From positions 1 through 53,050 of the IMG/VR virus record IMGVR_UViG_3300012347_000482: a DNA stretch of 53,050 nt, one strand, 5' to 3'. Source of the stretch: a virus (lineage: Duplodnaviria; Heunggongvirae; Uroviricota; Caudoviricetes). How positions within the stretch are numbered: the first letter of the stretch is position 1; every line of letters begins with the position of its first letter. Position numbers and translations under genes: made by a program. Positions 51,645-53,050 of the stretch are shown piece by piece. The notes under the pieces were generated by a model. It ran no database searches and was not told the origin of the DNA. It worked only from the letters and a program-made list of their open reading frames with translations.

Positions 51645-52357
51645 CTGTTATTTCCATACCGCATGGCCATAAAAATTTGTTGGTCATCCGGTATGCGTGT
51701 TAGCCATTCTTTAAATTTAATTTTGTGTCCACCGACCCACCATTCAACTTTACCAGACGTGTATTCTACTGCAGGTCCGTCTAGTCGATGAATCATTCCG
51801 AGTCTACACCATGTTTTATACTCGGATGTTTCAACTGCTGGACCATCTTCGCGATGTCTCACTCCGTCAACCCACCACTCTTGTTCGCCATCTGAGCGTG
51901 TAACAGCAGGACCATCTGCTCGATGTTGTTTGCCATTAACCCACCACTCTCGATCAGTATTTTCCCAAATAGCAGCAGGCCCATCTGCTCGATGGCGCTT
52001 TCCGTACATATACCAGTATTCGCTTCCTTTGGCAGTCTGAATAGCAGGACCGCCTTCGCGATGGCGTTCTCCATTAACCCACCATTCTTTTCCACCATTC
52101 CTATGAATAACAGCAGGCCCATCTGCTCGATGTCGTCTGTGATTAATCCACCACTCTTGTGTGCCATTTCTTTCTATAACAGCAGGACCATCTTCGCGAT
52201 GGCGTTTGCCAAATAAGAACCAAGCTTTACGCCCGGAGTTATCTTCTATAGCAGGACCGCCAAGTCGGTGAAGTTCACCGTCGAGATAATAATTAGTGGC
52301 TCCGTTATGCTGATGCACCGCAAACAGCGATTTATCAGTAGTGTCAGTTGTCGTCAT
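51641..52357 (-). CDS. HRxDGPA repeat protein (type-2 cap)
   Basis: Start MTTTDT; cap EWLTRIPDDQQIFMAMRYG; stop overlaps the endonuclease stop convergently. Confidence 0.88.
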   Translation of the reverse strand: MTTTDTTDKSLFAVHQHNGATNYYLDGELHRLGGPAIEDNSGRKAWFLFGKRHREDGPAVIERNGTQEWWINHRRHRADGPAVIHRNGGKEWWVNGERHREGGPAIQTAKGSEYWYMYGKRHRADGPAAIWENTDREWWVNGKQHRADGPAVTRSDGEQEWWVDGVRHREDGPAVETSEYKTWCRLGMIHRLDGPAVEYTSGKVEWWVGGHKIKFKEWLTRIPDDQQIFMAMRYGNNS

Positions 52358-52442
52358 CGTCGAACCCGTCATTACTAATTAAAATTCCAGCTGCGATAAT
52401 TATCACAATTACCCCGATTATTGCGACTATAATATTTGCCAT
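52344..52442 (-). CDS. Small single-pass membrane peptide
   Basis: Manual translation, 32 aa MANIIVAIIGVIVIIIAAGILISNDGFDDDDN; GGA RBS. Confidence 0.5.
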   Translation of the reverse strand: MANIIVAIIGVIVIIIAAGILISNDGFDDDDN

Positions 52443-52462
52443 ATGTGTCCTTTAAAGTTTGC

Positions 52463-53050
52463 CTACGCCAATCTTACATAATTTAATTGGGTAGATTTGT
52501 CTGTGTTGAATGCTTTGATTTTTGCTTTGATGTGCAAGGTCTTGTCTTTCTTATAATGCTCGGAAGGTGTAACAAAGAAATTAACCAATGAGTTTCCTGC
52601 AAGTGCAGTAACTCGCATTTTATTATATGCCGATAAAAATACCGAATTGATAATCTTAATATCAACAATAATCGAATCACCAATTTCGCCAATCAACAAC
52701 TCGCTTTCAACTACAAGTTTGCGTAATTCCGACTGTGTTAAATCAACACGCAAACTGCTGGGCAAACACGATATCGTTGAAATCTCTCGCCAGTCGTTGC
52801 CCGTAAACCAATCTTTGTTCGCGACCAACAATGCTGTGTCAATAAACGGTGTCGATGTACCAGATAGCTTTTTAAATAGCCACGCTTTGCATCCGTTTCT
52901 AACTCGACGACCTTCGTCGATGATGTCGTCTGTGATATAAGGTACCATGCTAGGATTCGTTAACCATTTTCTAAGTACCAACTTGTTAGCAGGTATCGAA
53001 GTTATCGATCCATCATCATTAAATATATGCCTTGTCTCCTTAAAGTACCC
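52463..53050 (-). CDS. Hypothetical phage protein with C-terminal OB-fold-like region, 5'-truncated by window edge
   Basis: Frame open to 53050 (GYFKETRH...ANKLVLRKW); C-terminus HIKAKIKAF...TQLNYVRL. Confidence 0.75.
   Translation of the reverse strand, partial: GYFKETRHIFNDDGSITSIPANKLVLRKWLTNPSMVPYITDDIIDEGRRVRNGCKAWLFKKLSGTSTPFIDTALLVANKDWFTGNDWREISTISCLPSSLRVDLTQSELRKLVVESELLIGEIGDSIIVDIKIINSVFLSAYNKMRVTALAGNSLVNFFVTPSEHYKKDKTLHIKAKIKAFNTDKSTQLNYVRLA

Noticed and set aside
36-52216. Dozens of plus-strand and alternative-frame ORFs over the repeat genes (e.g. 36-269, 420-833, 593-982, 4292-5032, 9667-10053, 30785-31285, 51859-52167)
   Set aside because: Shadows of the periodic 69-bp repeat, whose other frames are stop-poor; no RBS or promoter, and their peptides are frame-shifted echoes (MVLxLYxQM, SRTICSM)
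1-53050. tRNA, tmRNA or rRNA genes
   Set aside because: No cloverleaf with T-loop and CCA-type end or rRNA signature found by eye; tRNAscan-SE/Aragorn would be decisive
1-53050. Eukaryotic giant-virus origin (HRxDGPA repeats are known there)
   Set aside because: Shine-Dalgarno sites, sigma70-type promoters, ATGA overlaps, lipoboxes and intrinsic terminators indicate a bacteriophage

Overview
AT-rich segment of a large (jumbo-type) tailed bacteriophage genome, apparently an early/accessory region. Basis: Shine-Dalgarno sites, dozens of sigma70/T4-early-like promoters, and no structural, replication, rRNA, tRNA or CRISPR features that I could recognise. About 113 plausible genes lie on the minus strand. 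The only credible plus-strand gene is a Hef-like homing endonuclease with a Mom/GNAT-like C-terminal domain (50154-51644). Two paralogue expansions dominate. (i) 24 genes are built from a 23-aa W-W/Y-x-N-G-x-x-H-R-x-D-G-P-A repeat (16 of them in the first 15.4 kb), with interchangeable N-terminal modules, two types of C-terminal cap, 40-43 bp perfect identities between distant copies, and stop codons that often coincide with the -10 box of the next promoter. (ii) About 14 small 'ELAEQA...EKFAELIVxEC...HFGI' genes lie mostly at 32.3-38.2 kb; their 3' ends form a conserved ~25-bp junction that also carries the next gene's RBS and is left behind as orphan tails. Recognisable enzymes: HD/SpoT-like hydrolase, CX5R phosphatase, HIT, Nudix, GNAT, DEDDh exonuclease, PD-(D/E)XK-like nuclease, MoxR ATPase and its DUF2201 metallopeptidase/VWA partner (separated by ~6 kb of cassettes). 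Non-coding highlights: a ~470-nt hairpin-dense region (12610-13080, candidate large ncRNA), a two-copy nested-palindrome element (17686, 31469), and several families of stem-loop promoter/terminator cassettes. Family assignments come from motif recognition only; no database search was run.
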